Source of the DNA: Alphaproteobacteria bacterium
GTDB taxonomy: Bacteria > Pseudomonadota > Alphaproteobacteria > UBA828
NCBI GenBank assembly: GCA_963667785.2
Contig: CAXXMU010000006.1
Coordinates: 24,547 to 88,546 of the forward strand
Length of the DNA: 64,000 nt
Direction: 5' to 3'
In this document: in pieces, positions 21,446-31,632 of the stretch
How the letters are laid out: every line of letters starts with the position of its first letter
Numbering within the stretch: the stretch's first letter is position 1
Made by a program: the position numbers and the translations under genes
Notes under the pieces: model-generated
What the model was told of the DNA's origin: nothing
Seen by the model: only the letters and a program-made list of their open reading frames with translations
Databases searched by the model: none

Positions 21446-21664
21446 ATTGCCTTCGGAGGACGCCGCGGCGCCGGCCAGGAAGACGCTCAGGATCGCGGCA
21501 GCGGCGATCAGCGCCTCGGTCCGGGCCGACTGGCCGGGAGCGTTCGCATCGCCGCCGGCGTCGCGGCTGACGCAGCCCGCCACCTGGCTGCCCGCGAGCA
21601 GCAGGACCACGGCGAGCGCGGCCACTTTCGTTCTCAGGCCCGCACGTCTCGGACGATGTGCCAT
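21443..21664 (-). CDS. Small putative lipoprotein (hypothetical)
   Basis: 73-aa ORF MAHRPRRAGLRTKVAALAVVLLLAGSQVAGC... with a basic N-terminus, a hydrophobic core, a VAGC lipobox and a second hydrophobic C-terminal segment. It has high GC3. I recognise no homology. Confidence 0.45.
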   Translation of the reverse strand: MAHRPRRAGLRTKVAALAVVLLLAGSQVAGCVSRDAGGDANAPGQSARTEALIAAAAILSVFLAGAAASSEGN

Positions 21665-21843
21665 CGCCCTTCGTGTTATCGCCTCGCCCGGCAGGCCGCA
21701 AGGGCCGCGAGGGACGCGGACGCCGAGCCGGCGGTTGCGCGCACAGGCCCGGATCGGCGATAGAGTGATGCGCCTGCAGCCGGCCGGACGCCGGCGGCGC
21801 GCAGGCGCGGGCGCGTCCCGCTCATCGTCTCGGGCATCGATCC

Positions 21844-23104
21844 ATGCGCATTGCGGTCATCGGTCTCGGCTATGTCGGCCTGCCACTGGCAGCCGCGCTC
21901 AGCCACCACTTCGAGACGCTGGGCTTCGACATCAGCGAACTCCCGCATCGACGAGCTGAGGACGGGCCTGGACCGCACCGGCGAGCTCTCGCCCGAGCGA
22001 CTCGCCGCCGCCCCGCTGGGGCTCACCGCAGAGGCGGACGACATCGCCGGCGCGGACGTCTTCATCGTGACCGTGCCGACGCCGCTCGACGAGGAGAAGC
22101 GCCCCGATCTCGGCGCCGTGCTGGCCGCCTCGCGCACCATCGGCGCGCGCCTCGGCAGGGGCGCGCTCGTGGTCTACGAGAGCACGGTATGGCCCGGGGT
22201 CACCGAGGACATCTGCGTGCCGGAGCTGGAGCGCGCGTCCTCGCTCGCCGCCGGCACGGACTTCCACGTCGGCTATGCGCCGGAGCGGATGAACCCCGGC
22301 GATCCGGCGCACGGGCTGGAGCACATCGCCAGGGTGGTGGCCGGCCAGACGCCGGAGATCGCCGAGCGGCTGGCCGCGCTCTACGGCACGGTCAACGGCG
22401 GCAACGTCTTCATCGCCCGCGACATCCGCACCGCCGAGGCCGCCAAGGTGATCGAGAACGCCCAGCGCGACGTCAACATCGCCTTCATCAACGAGGTCGC
22501 GCAGGTCTTCTGCACGCTGGGGCTCTCGACCCACGACGTTCTCGACGCGGCCCGCACCAAGTGGAATTTTCTGGACTTCAGGCCGGGGCTCGTCGGCGGG
22601 CACTGCGTCGGCGTGGACCCCTACTATCTGGCGCACCGCGCGGAAGAGGTCGGCAGGGACCCGCTGATCGTCCTCGCCAGCCGGCGCACCAACGAGGCGA
22701 TGGGGTCCTTCATCGTCGAGCAGATCGAGCGGCGGCTGGAAGGCGCGACGGGGCCGGTGCTCGTCCTCGGCATCACCTTCAAGGAGAACGTGCCGGACAT
22801 CCGCAACACCCAGGTGCCGGAGATGGTCGCGGCGCTGGCTGCGCGCGGCATCGAGACCGCGGTGCACGACCCCTTCGCCGATCCGGACGAGGTGGAGAGA
22901 CGCTACGGCATCCGCCTCCTGCCGGGGCTCGACGGCGCCGGCGGCTACGCCTGCGTGCTCGGCGTCGTGGCCCACGCCCCCTACCGGGCGTTCACCAGCG
23001 CCACCTTCGCCTCCCTGCTGGCGCCGGGCGGCCTCGTCGCGGACATCAAGAACATGTGGCGCGACACGCCGCTGCCGGCGGGCCTCAGACGCTGGACCCT
23101 CTGA
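21844..23104 (+). pseudogene. Nucleotide-sugar dehydrogenase (UDP-glucose/GDP-mannose dehydrogenase family, TviB/WbpO-like) interrupted by a 1-nt frameshift
   Basis: Frame A from ATG 21844 encodes MRIAVIGLGYVGLPLAAALSHHFETLGFDISE (Rossmann N-terminus). The rest of the protein (RIDELRTGLDRTGE...GGHCVGVDPYYL...) is in frame A+1 (ORF 21851..23104). The switch is at the CCC run 21942-21944. Confidence 0.75.
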
Positions 23105-23781
23105 ACAGGCCGGCGCTTGCCGATGGCCGCCGGCAGCTCGGCGAAATCCTCGATCACGGCATCGGCGCCGAGCGCGTGCGCGGGCGTCGGGCTGTAGCCG
23201 TAGGCCGTCACGATCGCGGGCATCCCGGCGCCCTGCGCCGCATCGACGTCGGCTGCGCTGTCGCCGACCATGACCGCGCGCGCGGGCGCAGCACCGAGCG
23301 CCGCCAGCGCCTCCCGCAGATGGCCGGGATCGGGCTTCATCTTCGCCACCGTGTCGCCCGCGAGCACCGCGCCTACGTGACGGTCGATCCCGAAATGGGC
23401 GAGCAGCCGGCGCGTGGAGCACTCCCCCCTGTTGGTGCAGACGGCGAGCGAGACGCCGCCGTCGCGAAGCCGCTCCAGCGTCGCCGCCACCGAGGGAAAC
23501 AGCCTGATCCTCTCGGTCTCGATCTCGAAGTAGTAGGCGATCAGCGTCTCGATCAGACGCCGCAGCGTCGCGTCGTCGGGGCGCTCCTGCCCCTGCGCGG
23601 CGAGGGCCGCGAGCAGCAGCCGCTTGGCGCCCTCGCCCGCCCGCTGGCGAAAGCCGGCGAACGCGACCGGCGCGTGGCCCATCTCCTCCAGAAGCCGGTT
23701 GAGCGCCGCGATGAGGTCGGGCGCGGAATCCGCGAGCGTCCCGTCGAAATCGAGCAGCACCGCGTCCACATGCTCTCGCAT
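22981..23781 (-). CDS. HAD-family hydrolase (phosphoglycolate phosphatase-like)
   Basis: 266 aa from ATG 23781: MREHVDAVLLDFDGTLADSAPDL (HAD motif I) and ...VGDSAADVDAAQGAGM (motif IV). The C-terminal 40 aa or so overlap the convergent dehydrogenase gene. Confidence 0.8.
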   Translation of the reverse strand: MREHVDAVLLDFDGTLADSAPDLIAALNRLLEEMGHAPVAFAGFRQRAGEGAKRLLLAALAAQGQERPDDATLRRLIETLIAYYFEIETERIRLFPSVAATLERLRDGGVSLAVCTNRGECSTRRLLAHFGIDRHVGAVLAGDTVAKMKPDPGHLREALAALGAAPARAVMVGDSAADVDAAQGAGMPAIVTAYGYSPTPAHALGADAVIEDFAELPAAIGKRRPVQRVQRLRPAGSGVSRHMFLMSATRPPGASREAKVALVNAR

Positions 23782-23838
23782 CCCCGGCGATGGTGGGGGA
23801 AGGCGCCCGCATTGACAAGGAGCGCCGGCGGACATGCT

Positions 23839-25371
23839 ATGATGACAGGACTCGCATGGCCCCACCGATCCGGCGCCGGACATCCCGAAACAGATGAGAC
23901 ATTGGGCGTGAGCCAGGCGGTCTCCCATCCCTCCCCTGCGGACCGGGCCTCCGAGCCCGAGAGCGCCAGCGGCGAGCCGCGCCCGCTGATCGCCGCGCTT
24001 GCCCCCGCCGTGCCGGTGGAAGGGCTCGCCTGCGTCGTGCTCGCGGCCGGCAAGGGGACGCGCATGCGCTCGGCCCGGCCCAAGGTGCTCCACCCCCTCG
24101 CCGGGCGGCCGATGGTGGGCCACGTGCTGGCCAACGTCCGGGCGCTCCGGCCCGAGCGCGTGGTCCTGGTGATCGGGCCCGAGCTCGAGGCCGAGACCGC
24201 CGCTCTGCGGGAAGCCGCAGGCCCATTCGACTGCGTGGTGCAGGCGGAGCCGCTCGGCACCGCCCACGCGGTGGCGCAGGCCCGCCCGCTGCTGGCGGAC
24301 TATTGCGGCGACGTGCTGGTCATCTTCGCGGACACGCCGCTCGTGCGGGGCGAGACCCTGGCCGGGCTCGTCCGCACCCGGCGCGAGAGCGCGGGCGCGG
24401 GCGCCGCGGTGCTGGGCTTCCGCCCGGCGGACCCGGGCGCCTACGGCCGGCTCATCCTCGCGCCGGACGGGACGCTGGAACGAATCGTCGAGGCCGCAGG
24501 CGCGAGCGAGGCGGAGCGCGCGGTCACGCTCTGCAACGCAGGCCCCATGGCGATCGACGGGCGCCGGCTCTTCCCCCTCATCGACGCGATCGGCAACGAC
24601 AATGCGAAGGGCGAGTACTACGTGACCGACATCCCCGCCATCGTCTCAGGCGAAGGCGGCACCTGCACCGTCACGGAGGCGCCCGACGACGAGGTCATGG
24701 GAATCAACGACCGCATCCAGCTCGCCGCCGCCGAGCGCGTGGTCCAGGACAGGCTGCGCCGGGCGGCGATGGAGGCGGGCACGACCCTGGTAGAGCCCAC
24801 GACGGTCTGGCTCAGCGCCGACACGCGGCTCGGCGCCGACGTGAACATCGGCCCCAACGTGGTGATCGGCCCGGGCGTCACCATCGGCGACGGCGCCGAG
24901 ATCAGGCCCTTCAGCCATCTGGAAGGGGTGCGGGTGGGACGGCACGCCACGATCGGCCCGTTCGCCCGGCTCAGGCCCGGCAGCGACATCGGCGAGGGCG
25001 CGCGCGTCGGCAACTTCGTCGAGGTGAAGAACAGCACGGTCGCCGAGGGCGCGAAGATCAACCATCTGAGCTATGTCGGCGATGCGGGCGTCGGCGCGGG
25101 CGCGAACATCGGCGCCGGCACCATCACCTGCAACTATGACGGCTACGCCAAGTCCCGCACCGAGATCGGCGAAGGCGCCTTCATCGGCTCCAACTCGGCG
25201 CTGGTGGCGCCGGTCTCCGTCGGCTCCGGTGCGGTGGTGGGCGCCGGCAGCGTGATCACCGAGGACGTGGAGGCGGATTCCATCGCAGTCGCGAGGGGTG
25301 AGCAGAGCGAGCGCAAGGGCGCCGCCGCGCGCAGGCGCGCCCGCCGCCGGACCAAGGCGACCGGAGACTAG
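23839..25371 (+). CDS. glmU: Bifunctional UDP-N-acetylglucosamine diphosphorylase / glucosamine-1-phosphate N-acetyltransferase
   Basis: LAAGKGTRMRS..PKVLHPLAGRPM plus C-terminal left-handed beta-helix hexapeptide repeats. The start is uncertain (ATG 23839 or GTG 23908; conserved sequence begins further downstream). Confidence 0.9.
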   Translation: MMTGLAWPHRSGAGHPETDETLGVSQAVSHPSPADRASEPESASGEPRPLIAALAPAVPVEGLACVVLAAGKGTRMRSARPKVLHPLAGRPMVGHVLANVRALRPERVVLVIGPELEAETAALREAAGPFDCVVQAEPLGTAHAVAQARPLLADYCGDVLVIFADTPLVRGETLAGLVRTRRESAGAGAAVLGFRPADPGAYGRLILAPDGTLERIVEAAGASEAERAVTLCNAGPMAIDGRRLFPLIDAIGNDNAKGEYYVTDIPAIVSGEGGTCTVTEAPDDEVMGINDRIQLAAAERVVQDRLRRAAMEAGTTLVEPTTVWLSADTRLGADVNIGPNVVIGPGVTIGDGAEIRPFSHLEGVRVGRHATIGPFARLRPGSDIGEGARVGNFVEVKNSTVAEGAKINHLSYVGDAGVGAGANIGAGTITCNYDGYAKSRTEIGEGAFIGSNSALVAPVSVGSGAVVGAGSVITEDVEADSIAVARGEQSERKGAAARRRARRRTKATGD

Positions 25372-25518
25372 AGCGTGTTCGCTTTACACGGAAACGCTCT
25401 AGCCTCTTTGTCGCTCACGGCAGCCGGCCTGCGGCCGGCGCCTGCGCGGGCGCGCCGCATAGGCGGCGGGCCGCAGTCGCGGCCTGTCGCGTATCCGTCA
25501 AAGACGGATACGCTCTAG
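25369..25518. repeat. Structured intergenic repeat element, copy 2 (150 bp)
   Basis: Begins on the glmU TAG stop. It contains an 8-bp stem TAGAGCGT/ACGCTCTA, a 7-bp stem GCCGGCC/GGCCGGC and a perfect 11-bp stem GCGTATCCGTC-AAA-GACGGATACGC (25489-25513). Confidence 0.8.
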
Positions 25519-25547
25519 GAGCGAACGGGAGAGGGAGCGCCGGCAGC

Positions 25548-27367
<1,820 letters not shown>

Positions 27368-27371
<4 letters not shown>

Positions 27372-28549
27372 GCGAGCGGGCGGCCCTGATCGACCTCGAC
27401 GAGGATCATGCCGAGCTGCGCGAGCCGGTCCGCGCGCTGTGCGCACGCTATCCCGGCGAGTACTGGCGCGAGAAGGACCGCGAACGCGCCTATCCGGAGG
27501 AGTTCGTGCAGGCGCTCACCGAGGCGGGCTTCCTGGCGGCGCTGATCCCGGAGCGCTACGGCGGCAGCGGCCTCGGCATCGGCGCGGCGGCGGCGATCCT
27601 CGAGGAGATCCACGCATCCGGCTGCAACGGCGGCGCCTGCCACGCCCAGATGTACACCATGGGCACGGTGCTCAGGCACGGCTCCGAGGCGCAGAAGGGG
27701 ACTTACCTGCCGGAGATCGCGAGCGGCGCGCGCCGGCTCCAGGCCTTCGGCGTCACCGAGCCCACCACCGGCTCCGACACCACCCAGCTTCGCACCACCG
27801 CCGAGCGCCGCGCCGACGGCGACTACACCGTGAACGGGCAGAAGGTGTGGATCTCGCGGGCCGAGCACTCGGACCTGCTGCTGCTGCTGGCCCGCACCAC
27901 GCCGGCGGCGGAGACGACGAAGCGCACGGACGGGCTCTCGGTCTTCCTGATCGAGCTGGAGAACGCGGTCGGCAAGGGGCTGGAGATCAGGCCGATCCGC
28001 ACCATGATCAACCACGCCACCACCGAGCTCTTCTTCGACGATCTGGTGATCCCGGCGGCGAGCCTCGTCGGCGAGGAGGGCAAGGGCTTCCGCTACATCC
28101 TCGACGGCATGAACGCCGAGCGCATCCTGATCGCGGCCGAGTGCATCGGCGACAGCCGCTGGTTCATCGAGAAGGCGAGCGCCTACGCCGCCGAGCGCCG
28201 CGTCTTCGGCCGCCCCATCGGCGCCAACCAGGGGGTGCAGTTCCCCATCGCCGAGGCCTACGCGCGGATGGAGGCCGCGCGCCTCATGGTGAGCAAGGCC
28301 GCAGCCCTCTTCGATGCCGGCCGCGCCTGCGGGCCCGAGGCCAACATGGCGAAGCTGCTCGCGTCGGAAGCCTCGTGGAAGGCCGGCGACACCTGCCTCC
28401 AGACCCACGGCGGCTTCGGCTTCGCCGAGGAGTACGACGTCGAGCGCAAGTTCCGCGAGACCCGGCTCTACCGCATAGCGCCCATCTCGACCAACCTCAT
28501 CCTCGCCTATCTCGGCCAGCATGTGCTCGGCATGCCGCGCTCCTACTGA
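27368..28549 (+). CDS. Acyl-CoA dehydrogenase family protein
   Basis: 393 aa from ATG 27368, with an ATGA overlap on the glmS stop. Motifs: FGVTEPTTGSD, GQKVWIS, and the C-terminal QTHGGFGFAEEYDVERKFRETRLYRIAP. Confidence 0.9.
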
Positions 28550-28582
28550 GAGAGGCCGGGCGGGCGCACCGGGGAGCGGCTA

Positions 28583-29362
28583 GTGGCGCAGCTCCCGGCC
28601 TATGTCATCAATCTGGATCGCCGGCCGGATCGCCTGGAGGCGATCATGGCCAACCTGGAGCGCATCGGCGTGACGGCGGAGCGCATCGCCGCGATCGACG
28701 GCGAACGGCTCGATAGCCGCCAGGCGCCCATCACCGCGCTCAGCCCGAGCGAGCGGGCCTGCGTGCTGAGCCACTGCGAGGCGCTGCGCCGCCTGCTGGC
28801 GACATCCCATCCCGCGGCGCTGGTGCTGGAAGACGATGCCGAGATTTCCGCCGATACGGCGGCGCTGCTGCAGGCGACCGACTGGTGGCCCGCCGGCACC
28901 CGGCTGGTGAAGCTCGACACCATGCGCGACAAGCCCCGGCTCATGGGCCGGCATCGCGGCGCCACCCCCAACGGGCGCGCGCTCCGGGCGCTGGTGATCG
29001 GCAACCCCGGCGCTGCCGGCTACCTCATCGACCGGGACGCTGCGGCGGCGGTGCTCGACGCCTGCGCGGCGCAGGACCTGCAGATCGACCTCGCCCTCTT
29101 CGACCTCCGGGTCTCCGGCACGGCGAAGCGCCTGCGCCCGGTCCAGGTCCTCCCCGCCCTGGTGAGGCAGCGGGGTGGCGCGTCTGACATCGACCAGGGG
29201 CGGCGGACCGCGCGGCCGGGCGGGCTGCGGGGCCGGGTCAGCCGGCTGGTGCGCGGCCCGCGCAAGCTGCCCCACCGGGTCTGCGTCCTGGGCTTGCGCA
29301 TGGTCGGCCGGGTGCGGCGGCACCGGCTGCACTATGTCGACCGGCTGGCCGACGGGGCCTGA
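28583..29362 (+). CDS. Glycosyltransferase family 25 protein
   Basis: 259 aa, (M)AQLPAYVINLDRRPDRLEAIMANLERIG...E.AC.LSH...LEDDA, a typical GT25 N-terminus. GTG start. Confidence 0.8.
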   Translation: MAQLPAYVINLDRRPDRLEAIMANLERIGVTAERIAAIDGERLDSRQAPITALSPSERACVLSHCEALRRLLATSHPAALVLEDDAEISADTAALLQATDWWPAGTRLVKLDTMRDKPRLMGRHRGATPNGRALRALVIGNPGAAGYLIDRDAAAAVLDACAAQDLQIDLALFDLRVSGTAKRLRPVQVLPALVRQRGGASDIDQGRRTARPGGLRGRVSRLVRGPRKLPHRVCVLGLRMVGRVRRHRLHYVDRLADGA

Positions 29363-29365
29363 GCC

Positions 29366-30514
29366 GTGAGCACGGACGCAGACGGCCCCCTCGCCGGCCT
29401 CCTGGTGGTCTCGGTGGAGCAGGCCGTCGCCGCCCCCTTCGCCACCAGCCGGCTGGCGGACGCCGGCGCGCGCGTCATCAAGATCGAGCGGCCGGAGGGC
29501 GACTTCGCCCGCGCCTACGACCACGTGGTGGGCGGCGAGTGCGCCTGGTTCGTCTGGCTCAACCGCGGCAAGGAATCGGTCGTCCTCGACATCAAGGACG
29601 CAGGCGACAACGCCCTGCTGCAACGCATGATCGCGCGGGCCGACGTCTTCGTGCAGAACCTCGCGCCGGGCGCCGCAGGCCGCGCCGGCCTCGACTCGGC
29701 CGAACTGCGGCGGCGGAATCCCCGGCTCGTCACCTGCGACATCAGCGGCTATGGCGAGAGCGGCCCCTACGCCGCGATGAAGGCCTACGACTTCCTCATC
29801 CAGTGCGAATCGGGCATCGCGTCGGTCACCGGCACGCCGGAATCCGCGAGCCGCGTCGGCGTCTCGGTGTGCGACATCGGCGCGGGCCTCAACGCCTACG
29901 GCGCGATCCTAGAGGCCGTGCTCGCACGCCACCGCACCGGCCGGGGCGGCGGCATCGCGATCTCGCTCTTCGACGGCATGGCGGACTGGATGACCGTGCC
30001 GCTGCTGCACCTGGAGCATGGCGGCAAGGCGCCGGCGCGCACCGGCCTCCGCCACGCCATGATCGCGCCTTACGGCGCCTACCCCGTGGGCTGCGGCGGG
30101 CAGATGGTGATCGCCATCCAGAACGAGCGCGAGTGGGCGCGCTTCTGCGAGGCCATCCTGGGCGATGCGTCGCTCGCGACCGACGCGCGCTTCGCCGGCC
30201 ATCCGGCGAGGCTCGCCAACCGGGCCGAGATGGACGCGCTCATCGCCGCCGCCTTCGCCCGGCATGACATGGAGTCGCTCGCGGCCGCGCTCGGCGCGGC
30301 GCAGATCGCCTTCGGCCGGCTCAACGAGGTATCCGGGCTCTCGGCGCACCCGCAGCTTCGCCGGACGGCGGTCGAAACATCCGCCGGCACGGTCGAGATC
30401 GTCGCCCCACCGGCCCGTCACGACGATGCCGACCGCCCCCTCCGCCCGGTGCCTGCGCTGGGCGAACACAGCGCGGCGATCAGAGCGGAGTTCGGCGAGG
30501 GTGACGATCTCTGA
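29366..30514 (+). CDS. CaiB/BaiF family (class III) CoA-transferase
   Basis: 382 aa: GLLVVSVEQAVAAPFATSRLADAGARVIKIERPEGDFAR is a family signature. Confidence 0.9.
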   Translation: MSTDADGPLAGLLVVSVEQAVAAPFATSRLADAGARVIKIERPEGDFARAYDHVVGGECAWFVWLNRGKESVVLDIKDAGDNALLQRMIARADVFVQNLAPGAAGRAGLDSAELRRRNPRLVTCDISGYGESGPYAAMKAYDFLIQCESGIASVTGTPESASRVGVSVCDIGAGLNAYGAILEAVLARHRTGRGGGIAISLFDGMADWMTVPLLHLEHGGKAPARTGLRHAMIAPYGAYPVGCGGQMVIAIQNEREWARFCEAILGDASLATDARFAGHPARLANRAEMDALIAAAFARHDMESLAAALGAAQIAFGRLNEVSGLSAHPQLRRTAVETSAGTVEIVAPPARHDDADRPLRPVPALGEHSAAIRAEFGEGDDL

Positions 30515-30531
30515 CTATGGGAGGGAGAGGA

Positions 30532-30849
30532 ATGCGAACGGCTCTATTGACGCTTGCCATTGTCCCAATGTGCCTGGGCTCGGCCCTCGCGTGCGACGAT
30601 CACGTAGGCACGTGCGAAATCGAGGACTGGCGGTGGCAAATCGCAATGGGAATGCTGTCCATAGAAGCCAGCACAACCTGCGATTCCGGCCTCGCTAATA
30701 TCCGCTTGTACGACGAGAGCGGGGACGAGCCGCGATTTCTCGGAATTGCACAGGGAATTGTCGAAGGTCACGCATTGACAGCCTTCGCCACCGACATAAC
30801 TCGACCAGAGTCTTTATCAATCAAGTACAGCATTGATTCCGTTTTCTGA
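30532..30849 (+). CDS. Small secreted Cys-containing hypothetical protein
   Basis: ATG 30532 is preceded by GGGAGGGAGAGG. MRTALLTLAIVPMCLGSALA|CDDH fits a signal peptide with an AxA cleavage site. GC is lower than in the flanks. I recognise no homolog. Confidence 0.6.
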   Translation: MRTALLTLAIVPMCLGSALACDDHVGTCEIEDWRWQIAMGMLSIEASTTCDSGLANIRLYDESGDEPRFLGIAQGIVEGHALTAFATDITRPESLSIKYSIDSVF

Positions 30850-30876
30850 GCGAGAGACTTAGCCGCCCCCAACACC

Positions 30877-30973
30877 GTCATGCCCGGACTTGTTCCGGGC
30901 ATCCATATGGGCCGGGTGCGACCGAGAGACGTGGATGGCCGGGACAAGCCCGGCCATGACGTGGCGGAGAGAG
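30877..30973. repeat. Bipartite palindromic REP-like element (the family that translates as MPGLVPGIH...GRDKPGHD), copy A
   Basis: GTCATGCCCGGACTTGTTCCGGGCATC ... GTGGATGGCCGGGACAAGCCCGGCCATGAC. The same two hairpin modules occur at 34182..34283. Confidence 0.8.
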
Positions 30974-30991
30974 TCCTCCCCTCTCGAGTCC

Positions 30992-31007
30992 CCGGACCAT
31001 GGTGCGG
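30992..31007. promoter_or_regulatory. Imperfect 16-bp palindrome CCGGACCATGGTGCGG in the conserved leader of the DUF3486 paralog
   Basis: Part of a 28-nt block identical to the leader of the second paralog (59358..59373 on the other strand). It lies about 36 bp upstream of ATG 31043. Confidence 0.3.
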
Positions 31008-31042
31008 TTCACGGCGCGGGGTGCCGGTGCCAGGGTGGCGCC

Positions 31043-31600
31043 ATGACGAGCACGAGCGACCAAGCCACGAAAGACCGCTGCGACCCACGCTCCTCGCTGA
31101 GGAGCCTGCCGCCTGCGCTGCTCGATTCCGTCGACACCGCGATCGCCGACGGCGCCACCATCGACGAGATCACGGCCCTCATCCACGCCGAGGGCGGCAC
31201 CTGCTCGCGCTCGGCCGTCGCCCGCTACGCCCGGCGGGTGCGCGGCATGGTCGGCCGGAAGCACGAGGCCGGCCGCATCGTGCAAGGATTGGCTCGGGTG
31301 GAGGAGGCGTGCGACGGAGGCCCCGTCAGCGGGCCCGTGATCGAGACCCTGCGGGAGATGGCGCTGATCGCCCTGGCCGATCTCGACGAGAACGAGGAGC
31401 CCGTGCCGCCGGGGGTGATCGCCCGCCTCGCGCTTGCGGTGCACCGCCTGGAGAGCGCCGACAGGTTCCGCATCGAGCGCGAACGCGAGGCGGCCGAGGC
31501 CGAGGCCCGCGCCACCGGCGGGCCTCCCTACAGCCAGGGGCTCTCGGACGAGGCCGTCGCCATCATCCGCAGGGCGGTCGAATGCGAGTTCTCGCGGTGA
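31043..31600 (+). CDS. Mu gp27-like (DUF3486, terminase-small-subunit-like HTH) protein, paralog 1
   Basis: 185 aa: RSSLRSLPPALLDSVDTAIADGATIDEITALIHAEGGTCSRSAVARYARRVR fits the gp27/DUF3486 N-terminal pattern (S.ID.LP.E.R..I......G.T.DEI...L...G...SRSA.GRY). No other phage genes are adjacent. Confidence 0.7.
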   Translation: MTSTSDQATKDRCDPRSSLRSLPPALLDSVDTAIADGATIDEITALIHAEGGTCSRSAVARYARRVRGMVGRKHEAGRIVQGLARVEEACDGGPVSGPVIETLREMALIALADLDENEEPVPPGVIARLALAVHRLESADRFRIEREREAAEAEARATGGPPYSQGLSDEAVAIIRRAVECEFSR

Positions 31601-31632
31601 GCGCGCCGCGCCGCCGCCATTCGACCCCCGCT

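Noticed and set aside
25372-25547. Structured RNA-like region directly upstream of glmS considered as a glmS ribozyme/riboswitch
   Set aside because: The same element occurs at 21270..21445 in an unrelated context, and I saw none of the conserved glmS ribozyme core. From general knowledge, glmS ribozymes are characteristic of Gram-positive lineages.
31043-31600. DUF3486/Mu gp27-like genes considered as markers of a Mu-like prophage or GTA cluster
   Set aside because: Neither copy is flanked by any other phage structural, transposition or lysis gene. The immediate neighbours are rpmE, mnmA, tenA and a CoA-transferase.
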